Below, in pieces: positions 34,001 to 42,200 of a DNA stretch of 64,000 nucleotides. Position 1 is the first letter of the stretch; every line of letters begins with the position of its first letter. The translations under genes and the position numbers were made by a program. Source of the DNA: Phoronis australis (lineage: Eukaryota > Animalia > Phoronida); contig NMRA01000155.1 of assembly GCA_002633005.1 (NCBI GenBank), positions 1 through 64,000 on the forward strand, written 5' to 3'. The notes under the pieces were generated by a model. That model was not told where the DNA came from and searched no databases. It saw nothing but the letters and a program-made list of their open reading frames with translations.

Positions 34001-36495
34001 CTTATTTTAGATACTACTTAATTGTATATACCTCTATGCATATAAGTTTCATTTATGAATTGTTTACAACCCAGATATAATGCTTCGCGGTTTCTTGGTT
34101 TGTTATTATTTCTTTGTATGTTCTGTGTATCCTTCAATAAATATATATCACAGTGAAAAAGTGCTCTCACCACTGCGCTACTGAGGACTCGAAATTTGTG
34201 CTATTTAGACAATTAACTAAATCCCGTGTGAAAAAGGCGATACGTCGCTCATGGGATGTATGACTTAACAGTTGACTGTAAACAGTAATTGCACAGATAA
34301 CGGTTCCTCAGAGGCTCAGTGGTGAGAGCACTAGACAGGCAATCTAGAGATTCCCAGTTGGGGTTTCTGATTTTCCTGTGTTTATTCGAGTTTTTTCGTT
34401 ACTGGCCAACCTCAGCGTCTATATAATTATTATTATATTAATTGCCAGTTCTCAACTTGACACTTCTGTCAAACCAGTTTTCAGTTTCTATCATTATGTA
34501 AAACAAATATCTTACTTTTGAAGGTTTACAGAGATATTACACTTCAAATGATATATTCCAAGTACCTCCCGAGTATTTCATTACTAAGAGTCGCCTACTA
34601 CAATAACAACGTCGGCAATATGTAATAAGAACACATTTTCAATGGTCTTTCATTTCTCACTTCAATATCAACAGCTTCCATAGACGTAAAAACACATATA
34701 TGTTTTTCTGACTCCAGTCTTACATTCAATGGGTTGATGTATTTTTCCTAATCCTGTCTTCATTCTACATGTAGCATTTACAGTTTTATTTACATGTACA
34801 GTGTATACTCTGAAGAAGACATAAAAAGTCCAGCCAGCGCTTTGGACATTAATATTCTAAACAATTTTGTTCTATTTATCGAGTCGAATGCCATACTGAA
34901 GTCAATGAAATGGTTTTGATTTTTTTCTAGTCTGCGAAGAATAAAACTTTGATTTATCGTTCAGTACTATTCTCTGAAGCCAGTTTGTTCTTATGCCATC
35001 AATTTCTCAGTTTGTATGTACGCAGCATGTTTATGATTTAGTTAAGACTAAATTTGCTTATAAAGTTAAGCACCGTTACACAGTACCTGTGTTGTTGAAT
35101 GTTCCCAGACAATACCGTATTATGTAATATTTTGCCAGATAACCACTAAATTATGACAATTTTCAAAAAGTTTATAATTTCCTTAAAACTTAAGAGCAAG
35201 CAGCACCTGGGCTTTAGGATACCAAAATCATGCACCTGGGTCAAATAATAACAGACATGTGTATTTTAACATTAGACTAGTGTGAAAGGTTTCACCTTCA
35301 ATGACACTAAAACTTTTAGAAACTTCGCGATTTTCCTAGTGGATAAGAGTCACGTCACAGCTCCTGATGATATCATTTATTGTTTGGAGATCATAACAAG
35401 TGACTGTAAAAAATCAAATTTTGCGTGGAGTTACTAGATATTAACACAAAGTAACTTGTGTTCATCATAATGTAATTGCAAAAAATTCTTTAAAACCTTC
35501 AGTGTCTTGGATTTTCTGATTTAAAAAACAGTTTCGTTGCCTTCAATTGTGAGATTATTAATTAAATTACTACCAATGTCTTCCACATAATGTTTGAACA
35601 GTTCCTCGGGATTAATGGTCAGGTTTTCAGTATTAGTTATATTGGCCATATTTGGTTGTGAATGTTATAAAATATTAATGGAGCCAAAAATGCAAATATT
35701 ATATGGACAACAAACAAAAATAACAACAAAAACAAGTAGATACCAGATATCAATTGAAAACCGAACATATGAGCAATAAACCAATTACACGGACTGCGGG
35801 ACTGGCATAATTCATTTCACATTAGTAGACAACGTCGTAGTAGTTGGATAATAACACCTTTTAAGTTCCTACCCAAAAACGCAACTTTTTGTGGGTACTT
35901 GAAACCAGAAAAGCACCCTTTCAAATGGAATCGGATGCCATGTAGATATCATCCATCTTAGCAGCACGCTCCTTACCAACCCTATTTGAGTTCCTTGTCT
36001 TTCCATGAGAAGTTTGTATCAACTGAATTCGTCGAGGTTTTCTTTCCAGATTGGGTTTTCTGACAAAAAGTTACAGTCTTGACTCCGGAAGCATGTTAAG
36101 ACTGCTCAAGGAACCTTCCTGGTACCCATCCCGAATCTACGCTGAAGCATAAGCGTGTATGCAGATTCTGGTTAAGATACACGCTTAAGAAACGTATCTA
36201 CAGCGTTCAATGCCGTACTCATGGGCGGCGCAGCACTGAAAAAAAGGGAGGGGGGGGGGNGAGCGGCAAAGCACTGATAAAGGTGGGCTATAGCCTCCCA
36301 GCCCCCTATGGTACGTCGCCCATGGTACTACCTGATGATAACGTACCGTGCAACCTCACTTGAGGATTAGTATAATAAACATTGTCTAAAAACATAAGGT
36401 ACTTACTCCGAAGCTTCACTGAAATGAATGATGTTGGCAACAAGCTGTGTGAGCAATAGTTTTAATAGAACGTGACGGGGATCGGGATTCTTCAT
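519..36495 (-). CDS. Giant secreted mosaic protein (signal peptide, SUEL-like lectin, EGF/EGF-Ca, Cys-rich modules, tandem FN3/Ig-like repeats); 16 exons, 3' end beyond left edge
   Basis: Exons (minus): 36407-36495, 22225-22469, 21446-21568, 17678-17779, 16681-16830, 15711-15824, 13823-14083, 12265-12418, 9549-10155, 9225-9369, 7635-7798, 5589-5873, 5097-5431, 3155-3801, 1469-2607, 519-1302. All introns are GT-AG, all 15 junction phases match, and the spliced frame is open for 5344 nt. The exon 1 assignment is the least certain. Confidence 0.85.
1469..2607 (-). CDS. Mosaic protein exon 15 (FN3-like repeats)
   Basis: ttttag|GTACAG acceptor; GIVYD...DIDFQ...WSGF...YQVALGT motifs; donor is CGG|gtttgt at 1469 or an alternative phase-0 site at 1481. 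Confidence 0.87.
3155..3801 (-). CDS. Mosaic protein exon 14
   Basis: cttcag|GTACGC; encodes [11 protein letters not shown]...[10 protein letters not shown]...IDQTPP...KWALG; G|gtaagc. Confidence 0.88.
5097..5431 (-). CDS. Mosaic protein exon 13
   Basis: ttataag|GAAACA; [19 protein letters not shown]...[13 protein letters not shown]...[14 protein letters not shown]; AG|gtgaga. Confidence 0.87.
5589..5873 (-). CDS. Mosaic protein exon 12
   Basis: atttag|GTCTGG; [11 protein letters not shown]...IDSSPP...ARDEHS...RLGVTPGG; AAT|gtaagc. Confidence 0.86.
7635..7798 (-). CDS. Mosaic protein exon 11
   Basis: ttccag|GTATAG; GIVSFRY...TLTDGDTFK; AAG|gtgaat. Confidence 0.8.
9225..9369 (-). CDS. Mosaic protein exon 10 (not in ORF track)
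   Basis: ttttag|CTGTCA; [10 protein letters not shown]...[17 protein letters not shown]; G|gtatgt; supplies the required phase 0 to phase 1 bridge. Confidence 0.83.
9549..10155 (-). CDS. Mosaic protein exon 9
   Basis: ctatag|GTTATG; [11 protein letters not shown]...DFTKPTHC...[17 protein letters not shown]...WQTH; GAA|gtaagt. Confidence 0.87.
12265..12418 (-). CDS. Mosaic protein exon 8
   Basis: ttgcag|GTGCAG; [19 protein letters not shown]...PFGDGD; AA|gtaaga (phase 2, matching the next exon). Confidence 0.78.
13823..14083 (-). CDS. Mosaic protein exon 7
   Basis: tttcag|TAACAA; [11 protein letters not shown]...[10 protein letters not shown]...KKPA; G|gtatga. Confidence 0.8.
14305..14599. 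mobile_element. GC-rich short TIR element with poly-G/poly-C tracts
   Basis: CAGTGTCGGATTTAGGGGGG at the left and AAAATCCTGGATCCGCCCCTG at the right are imperfect inverted termini; internal G9/C14 tracts. Confidence 0.55.
15711..15824 (-). CDS. Mosaic protein exon 6 (EGF-like; not in ORF track)
   Basis: tttcag|CTCGTT; [37 protein letters not shown]; C|gtacgt; phase 1-1. Confidence 0.83.
16681..16830 (-). CDS. Mosaic protein exon 5 (Cys-rich module; not in ORF track)
   Basis: taacag|CTTGTC; [26 protein letters not shown]...TKCD; C|gtaagt; phase 1-1. Confidence 0.82.
17678..17779 (-). CDS. Mosaic protein exon 4 (EGF-like)
   Basis: ttacag|CTGTTT; [33 protein letters not shown]; C|gtaagt. Confidence 0.87.
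18890..19013. repeat. (CA)n and (TA)n microsatellite abutting the scaffold gap
   Basis: Direct reading. Confidence 0.95.
19014..19914. other. Assembly gap
   Basis: N run. Confidence 1.
19915..20730 (-). pseudogene. Polinton-type family B DNA polymerase fragment, frameshifted
   Basis: [11 protein letters not shown]...PVDGF...[13 protein letters not shown]; frameshift near 20460; then [12 protein letters not shown]...[11 protein letters not shown]...[11 protein letters not shown]...[18 protein letters not shown]. The KxxxNSxYG motif would be expected next, inside the gap. Confidence 0.85.
20734..20853. repeat. 65-bp tandem duplication at the polB deletion junction
   Basis: CGGACATTTGAT...GCTATAGACTACTTTTCTGAACGTTTTGATGATTTTA starts at 20734 and again at 20799. 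Confidence 0.85.
21446..21568 (-). CDS. Mosaic protein exon 3 (calcium-binding EGF domain; not in ORF track)
   Basis: tcacag|ACAAGA; [40 protein letters not shown] matches the EGF_Ca consensus; C|gtaagt. Confidence 0.9.
22225..22469 (-). CDS. Mosaic protein exon 2 (SUEL/Gal_lectin-like domain)
   Basis: ttgtag|AAAATA; C...IKVREATYG...C...[21 protein letters not shown]...YFC; G|gtacgt. Confidence 0.85.
24529..24761. mobile_element. Harbinger-like MITE
   Basis: Imperfect TIRs GGGGACCGTTCCAATAAAACTGACTTA and TAAGCAAGTTTCTTGGAACAGGCCC. Confidence 0.55.
25908..29463 (+). repeat. 3.55-kb duplicated segment, copy A
   Basis: Collinear with 30775-35746 from TATTTCCAGGTGATCAG to AGTAGATACCAG, with scattered substitutions and small indels. 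Confidence 0.95.
27793..28142. mobile_element. Element with two divergent tRNA-like arms as inverted repeats (SINE-like), copy A
   Basis: Inverted arms ~27793-27906 and ~27996-28107. Each has an A box (TAGCGCAGTGG / AAGCTCAGTGG), anticodon-like stem CTAGA-loop-TCTAG, a B box (GTTCGATTC / GTTCGCTTC) and TTTTT. Flanked by ATTATTATTATAT at 27780-27792 and 28143-28155. Confidence 0.75.
29464..30344 (+). mobile_element. Probable PIF/Harbinger-type element inserted in copy A, running into the gap
   Basis: Copy A departs from copy B right after TACCAG and continues GGCCCGGTTTCC (Harbinger-like TIR start after a CWG target), followed by subterminal ACTCA repeats. Confidence 0.55.
30345..30774. other. 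Assembly gap
   Basis: N run. Confidence 1.
32658..34425. mobile_element. Same twin-tRNA element, copy B, interrupted by LINE
   Basis: Left arm split at 32744/34175; right arm has lost its B-box segment (GAGATTCCCAG). Confidence 0.75.
32745..34159 (+). mobile_element. 5'-truncated non-LTR retrotransposon (CR1/L2 group), C-terminal RT region plus CCHC finger
   Basis: [52 protein letters not shown]; after a frameshift at ~33640, SPNCKCG...HIFFKCP; AATAAA at 34136-34141; TSD AGTGCTCTCACCACT at 32730-32744 and 34160-34174; absent from copy A. Confidence 0.93.
36220..36324. mobile_element. 105-bp CATG-terminated TIR mini-element with 5-bp TSD
   Basis: CATGGGCGGCG...CGTCGCCCATG flanked by GTACT on both sides; relatives at ~26890-27037, ~31764-31908 and ~46451-46507. 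Confidence 0.6.
36407..36495 (-). CDS. Probable exon 1 of mosaic protein (signal peptide)
   Basis: [29 protein letters not shown] then GA|gtaagt; the phase-2 donor matches the phase-2 acceptor of the SUEL exon; implies a 13.9-kb first intron. Confidence 0.65.
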
Positions 36496-38189
36496 ATCCG
36501 CCGTTCTTCCATTCGATGTACATGTATGCACTACTGTTTGTGTATTTCGATCCCGGGCAAGTTGACCGTGAGCAAACAATAGCGGTTTTATTAGCACTTT
36601 TGTGTCGCTGTAGCTGACACCACAGTTATGCAGGGCCCTCAGTCACGTGACGGAGAATGTGCCTGTGCCTTCTTAAGAGGGAATTCTAGAGCCGTTTTCT
36701 GTTAAGAGGGGAATTTTAGCGTCGTTTTTCATTCATAGACGTATTATTGTTAATTATGTTAATTTAATGCAGTGTTTCTTATTACCACACTATGCTTTCA
36801 CAAATAACTAAGAATCAATTAAAAAGTAAGTCAGTTACATTTATTTGTATTAGAGCGAGTGGCGTCCGCATGCGATGTATCACCGTTGTCACCGTTTGGG
36901 TTAGAAAGGCAACACCAAGGCGATGTCTTACATTTTCGCACAACCACAGAACTATGGTGTTGTTACTAAACACCCATCGGAGAAATTTAATTTCAAGACT
37001 AGCTGGTAAATATGCCGGCAGTAATAACCCCCTAGAGTGACATGACGGCGTTCTGTCGTTCAGCAACTTTTCCAGACGTAGGGGGGTTCTGAGAGTGGCT
37101 CTTTTGTTAACTGCCCAGCACAGTCTTTTGTCCCGTATGACAACAAGCAGGCCAATTATCTCCCAGGCTTCAAAGAGTTGCTGAAACCTGGGAAAATAGA
37201 TTGTCTTACCTTCTCTTGTATTTGGGCGACTTAGATGATTCAAAAACTAAAGAGGATCAGCTTTTGACAAGGAATTCAGAAATGCTATTGGTTTATATTC
37301 AAATATGTTATATCTTAACTTTCATTTTAGCAGCACCCGCTCCCAGTCAGGCTGATACGATGTGATCGGAGATTAGAGCAATTAACGAACAAAACAGAGC
37401 TGTCCCTCCAACCATAAATGCCAGAGTGGAGTTAACAAGTCCTTTAAGATATTGGCTACAGGGGTGATCTTCCCAACTTGATGTTGGGCTATAGAATCGA
37501 ACAAGTTGGAAGCAACGGGAAAACGCCGTAATGAGTTATAAAAAATATCTGTAAGGAACAGACCCGCATCTTGTACCACAGAATACACTTTGTTGGCACA
37601 ATGGAGTTGGGTTTTAGCTAAGCAATGTTGTTAATCTCTCACAACAGCGTATAGTGCCACATATCCTCAAATGTTGACCGTTCACCTATTCTTCCACCTC
37701 AGTGATCAGACAAGAAGAGCAATGCTTAACTGTTCTTCCGAAAGTTTTGTTGACCACAGTGAATAGTACTGGTGAGCTAGCTGTTCAAACGTGGTCTGCT
37801 TGAGACTGATGCTCAGAGGAGTACAGAGCAAGTTTAACAGCGAAGTGACACTCTCCTACATGATTCCATTATACCCCCCAAGGCCTTCCAATATTCTTCT
37901 CTTGTGGAACGACATGTAGTTTGTGTGCCGTTTTTAGCAGAAGACATACGGAAGTTTGCTTTTAGTTTTGTGTTTTCAATGCGCTAGAGTGAAATAATGC
38001 CAAACCGGCATGCGTTCAGTAACGCTAGGACCAACTAGACCGGCAGCCCAGAGCACTTAGCATAGATGAATGAGGTACCAACATCTGACCACTGGAGCAT
38101 TTAGAGTCCACCTCAGTATGTACAGAAATGGACGTCTGCCGTTGTCTGCACTCTGGGTGTGAACCCTGGGGGCCTTACAAAGAACCCAC

Positions 38190-38748
38190 GAAATGAGCTA
38201 GACTAGATATTCGGGGTACCGGCCAAAACTTATTTAAAACGCACTGAACACCGAATGACCCATGACAGACAAATTGCACTTCTGGAATGGGTCTGGCAGA
38301 AACCAAAACAGGACCCCCCATCCCAAAGAATGAGCTAGCAGAGAAATTCGAGGTACCACAGAAAACTAATTCCATATGATTCAATACATGTCACAGATCA
38401 CTAAAACCTCTATGACAGACAAAATACACTCTGGGTTGTGCCCGGCAGAAACCCCAAAAATCTCAACCAGGGCATGCCATCAAAATTTGATCTAGACTAG
38501 ATTTTCGAGGTTCCGGCCAAAACTGATTTAAAACGAACAATAATACCGCACTGAACACCGAATGACCCATGACAGTCAAATTGCACTCTGGAATGGGTCC
38601 GGCAGAAACCAAAAAAGGACCCCCCCCAAAAAAAATGAGCTAGCACATACATTCGAGGTATCACACAAAACTAATTCCATATGATTCAATACATGTCACA
38701 GATCACTAAAACCTCTGCGACAGACAAAATACACTCTGGGTTGTGCCA
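38190..38748 (+). repeat. Tandem ~300-bp duplication with internal ~150-bp subrepeat
   Basis: CTAGACTAGAT...GCACTGAACACCGAATGACCCATGACAG...CACTCTGGGTTGTGCC repeated at ~38198 and ~38492. Confidence 0.85.
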
Positions 38749-38987
38749 CACTACCCTTTGTGCTATCTGGCATCACGGGACAGAGTCAATAGGCACTTAT
38801 TTGCCTGAGCAAGCATGAACAAAAATATTGAATTTCCATTAAATTTCTGTGAACATGCAATTCTGTGACAAATGTGTATCGATCATATAAGGAGGTGGTA
38901 CTTTCAAGAACTTCTTTTTAAGAAATGAAAATCATTGACAATCTTTAAAGTGAGGACAGCTAATTTGCGATATTATGTGCTTCATAA

Positions 38988-38993
38988 TTTATT
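38988..38993 (-). terminator. Candidate polyadenylation signal of carboxypeptidase
   Basis: AATAAA on the minus strand about 45 nt after the stop codon. Confidence 0.5.
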
Positions 38994-39037
38994 CACAGGT
39001 GAAAGATATTCTTTTCTCATTGGAATTCCGGCCTGAA

Positions 39038-39225
39038 TTAAATTCGAAGTGCATTGACGACAGCTTTTGTGGCAGCCCAGATTTCTTTCCCGCTCTTAGG
39101 TATCTCTGAATCGTCGACAACGAAGCCATTGCTGCTACCGCCAGAGGGAAACAGTTCCAGAACGTATGAATACTTGACACCAGCGACTCCTTTAGCCCAA
39201 TCGTACGAACCACCGGAAGCAGCAT
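39038..39225 (-). CDS. Carboxypeptidase exon 10 (catalytic Glu, stop)
   Basis: AASGGSYDWAKGVAGVKYSYVLEL...SGKEIWAA...RI then stop. Confidence 0.94.
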
Positions 39226-42200
39226 CTGTATATAGAAGTTGCATAATAGTTTAATTTTGTTGAATTTTTGACTGTTATCAAAGCACACCGGCCGTTTACT
39301 TTGTTATCTATTCATTCCATTACGTGAATTACCGCAGTTAACTTACACAGTATTGTGGGAGGGTTTCCAATTTCAAAGTCTCGACCGTTCACAGATTTTA
39401 AGGCTTGCGCTCCAATGGTAGCCACACGTTCCTGCAAAATGAATATACGCGTATTGGTTTCTTTAGATAAAATTGAAATCTTGGTTATTATCGCAGACTG
39501 ATATTCTCGTGCATTGGTACATGTATGTCCACAGTAACTGAATTCAAGTGACAAAATGTATACTAAAGCCAAGGTTGATTCCTGTGCGATATTTTGTCCA
39601 CAGTGCACATTACATGTACTTTTTACATGCAGGTGAAAAAGCGATACACACTATTAGATGAATGAATACGTTGAGTCGGCGGAGTAGATGCGGCGACTTT
39701 ACTGATTTTCAAGTCCCTTTTCAGCATTTGTAGATTGAAAACATAGTGTCCGAAATTTGAGAAACATGGTGAACGTCAAAATCGCCATTGTCCCGAATTC
39801 CAGAATCGGGAAAATTCAATTTCTGGGGGAATTTCCGTGTCCTAAATTCTAGATCCTGTCCAAATTGGAGAATGTTTACCGTAGGATTTGCTCTTTAAAT
39901 TTTGCTCAAGTTAGCATGTGGGTGGATGTACGTACTGTAATTCCATTTAAGGCACTGTTTTTTATACAGATGCCTGAGCTTAAACTTGCGCCGATCTTGT
40001 AGTATACATGTACTATGAAGCGACAAATTTCAAAATCAGAATGTTTTCGACTCAACTGAAGGTACATGTATTCTTGGCAGTTTTCGATGCCTAGCGCGAT
40101 AAACTACTGTAATAAAGAATTCAGTGATTTATTTCGAATTCTTTTTGTAAGACCAATGAAGGTAGAACAATGGCTTTTCTTTGAAACGTTTTTGAGTGAC
40201 AAATGCGCCTCGCAAAGCCACCACGCGTGAAAACAGCCGTCTTTTAATTGCATCCTATTCCACAAGCACCGAACAATACATTTGGTGTGTAGCTCGCCAT
40301 TTATTTGGCAGACTTCATTTTTTATAGAAAACGTCAGTTTGATATGGAGCACCTGCAGGCAAATGAAGTGATACAAAGAGGACTTGGGTGCATTATAGTA
40401 CTTACAAGCTCGACAATGTCGCTAGGTTGTTCGCTGTTACCGTAGGCCCACGGCGTCAGCCAGAGCTGGGAGTAAGAGTGGAGGGAGAAAAAGAGCTTTA
40501 AGTTTTGCTTCTTTTCCAAGACGAAGTCACGAATGTTCTGTGTGCACTTCTCGGAGAAAGGGTTCGGTCCTCCGTAGGTGTCGCTGCAGGGGTCCGTGCT
40601 TGTGCCAGACTCTTTTGATTAAGTGAAACAGAGATGTTGCAAGACCACGTTATAAGAGAAAAAATACGTGTCACTTGTTAGCTTTGCTGCTTGGGGATTC
40701 CATCGGAGGCCTGCTGTCGTATTTCAAATGCATTGTTGGACGGTTGTCAGCTCGTAAACATCCGATAACTTGGTGGTGAGTAAAAATTGTAGGAAACAAC
40801 CTTTTACTTGAGCGCACTAGAATTGACAGCACAATTGCCTTGCACATTGGTTTGAGGTGCACGTGTTAGTATAAGCGACCGCCATAAAGAATAAAAGACC
40901 GAGAATGAGTCTAAGTACACCGAGTGCGAATGATTCTCGAAGTACTCCCCATTCAATGACGTACTCCCCATTCAATGGCGTACTCCCCATTCAATGACGT
41001 ACTCCCCATTCAATGAAGTACTCCCCATTCAATCTAGCTGAAGTTAGATTTCGCCCATGAAAATGCAAATTATGAATTCGATTGCACGTCTGAAAGTTGT
41101 CACGGGATGGCTGAATGTAGCAACTGGCCCACAATGCAGCTGAAAAGGAATATAGCAGCGACGCAGTTGAAATCCCCTGACTTAAGCAAACTCGTGCCAT
41201 TTACTAATTGAAATCGCCCTGCTACTGTTCCAAACAACCCGTTGGTGTCGATTTACGTAAGGGGGATCCAACCAGATTTGTCAACCGATGGAGTTACTGA
41301 TTGGGGACTACTAGCATGAGTGGCTGCCTGCCCAATCGTACCAAAGACTACTGCGTGTTAGGTCGTTCCATTGATCCGCAGTTCAACATTTAGTTTACGG
41401 CGGAAAAACCATATTGGATGTAACTTTAGGTTGGATTGGCTTCTTCAAGTTATAGGCATTGGCGCTGAATTCAAACCCGACATGAATAGGCCAAACTCCT
41501 ACCTCCGGAGTCTATTTGAGAAAACGACACGAACAGCCGAGGCAGATTCGAGGAGTAACCTCTCTAGAATGAGAATTTGAGAAAACAAGCGGGCGCTGGA
41601 CTATCGTGCGAGAAGAGTTGAGTAGTTCTTCAGGGATGCCCAGCTTTTCTCAGCCGGTTGGGTTTGCAGTACTCTCCCGTCTTCCAGAAATTGCTTGAAT
41701 GAGCTCTGCCAGTAGGTACTATTTATGTAAAACTCGCTTGCTTAATAGTCTTATATACATTGAAAACCGATAACTTTGTGTTGAAAATATTACCTCTCCA
41801 ATGAAAATCAAAATTTCTGTTGGGATCAACACCTGTGCACGTCCACCAGCCAGAACTTTGTGGTGAACGGGTTTTACGCCACAATCGGTCCTGAAAAAGT
41901 CAATGGAGCCTTGAGTATTGAAACAAAAATGGTAAGTATCCTACGATACGTTTTATTACTGCTCATAACTTGTGATGTCACCATGCAATCGATTATAAAT
42001 ACGTGTACTAGTTCTACTTCTTGTTGTGTCAGGGGCATGTGTATCACAGTGCTCAGTGTCTATGTAGCGCTAAAAACAAAAATGTGGGAACTCCTAACGA
42101 TAAAATTGACATTTCCAAACCTTTGTTATTACACTGCGTGGCAACTGGCATGTCAATAATTGGAATTAGCCCTGCGAAGACGTACATACTAGTAAAACGT

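Larger units (their letters stand above)
30775..35746 (+). repeat. Duplicated segment, copy B (contains LINE insertion)
   Basis: Starts exactly at the gap end and matches copy A apart from a 1430-bp insertion including the TSD. Confidence 0.95.

Noticed and set aside
40942-41033. CRISPR-like repeat array
   Set aside because: Units are head-to-tail with no unique spacers and there are no cas genes; eukaryotic intron minisatellite.
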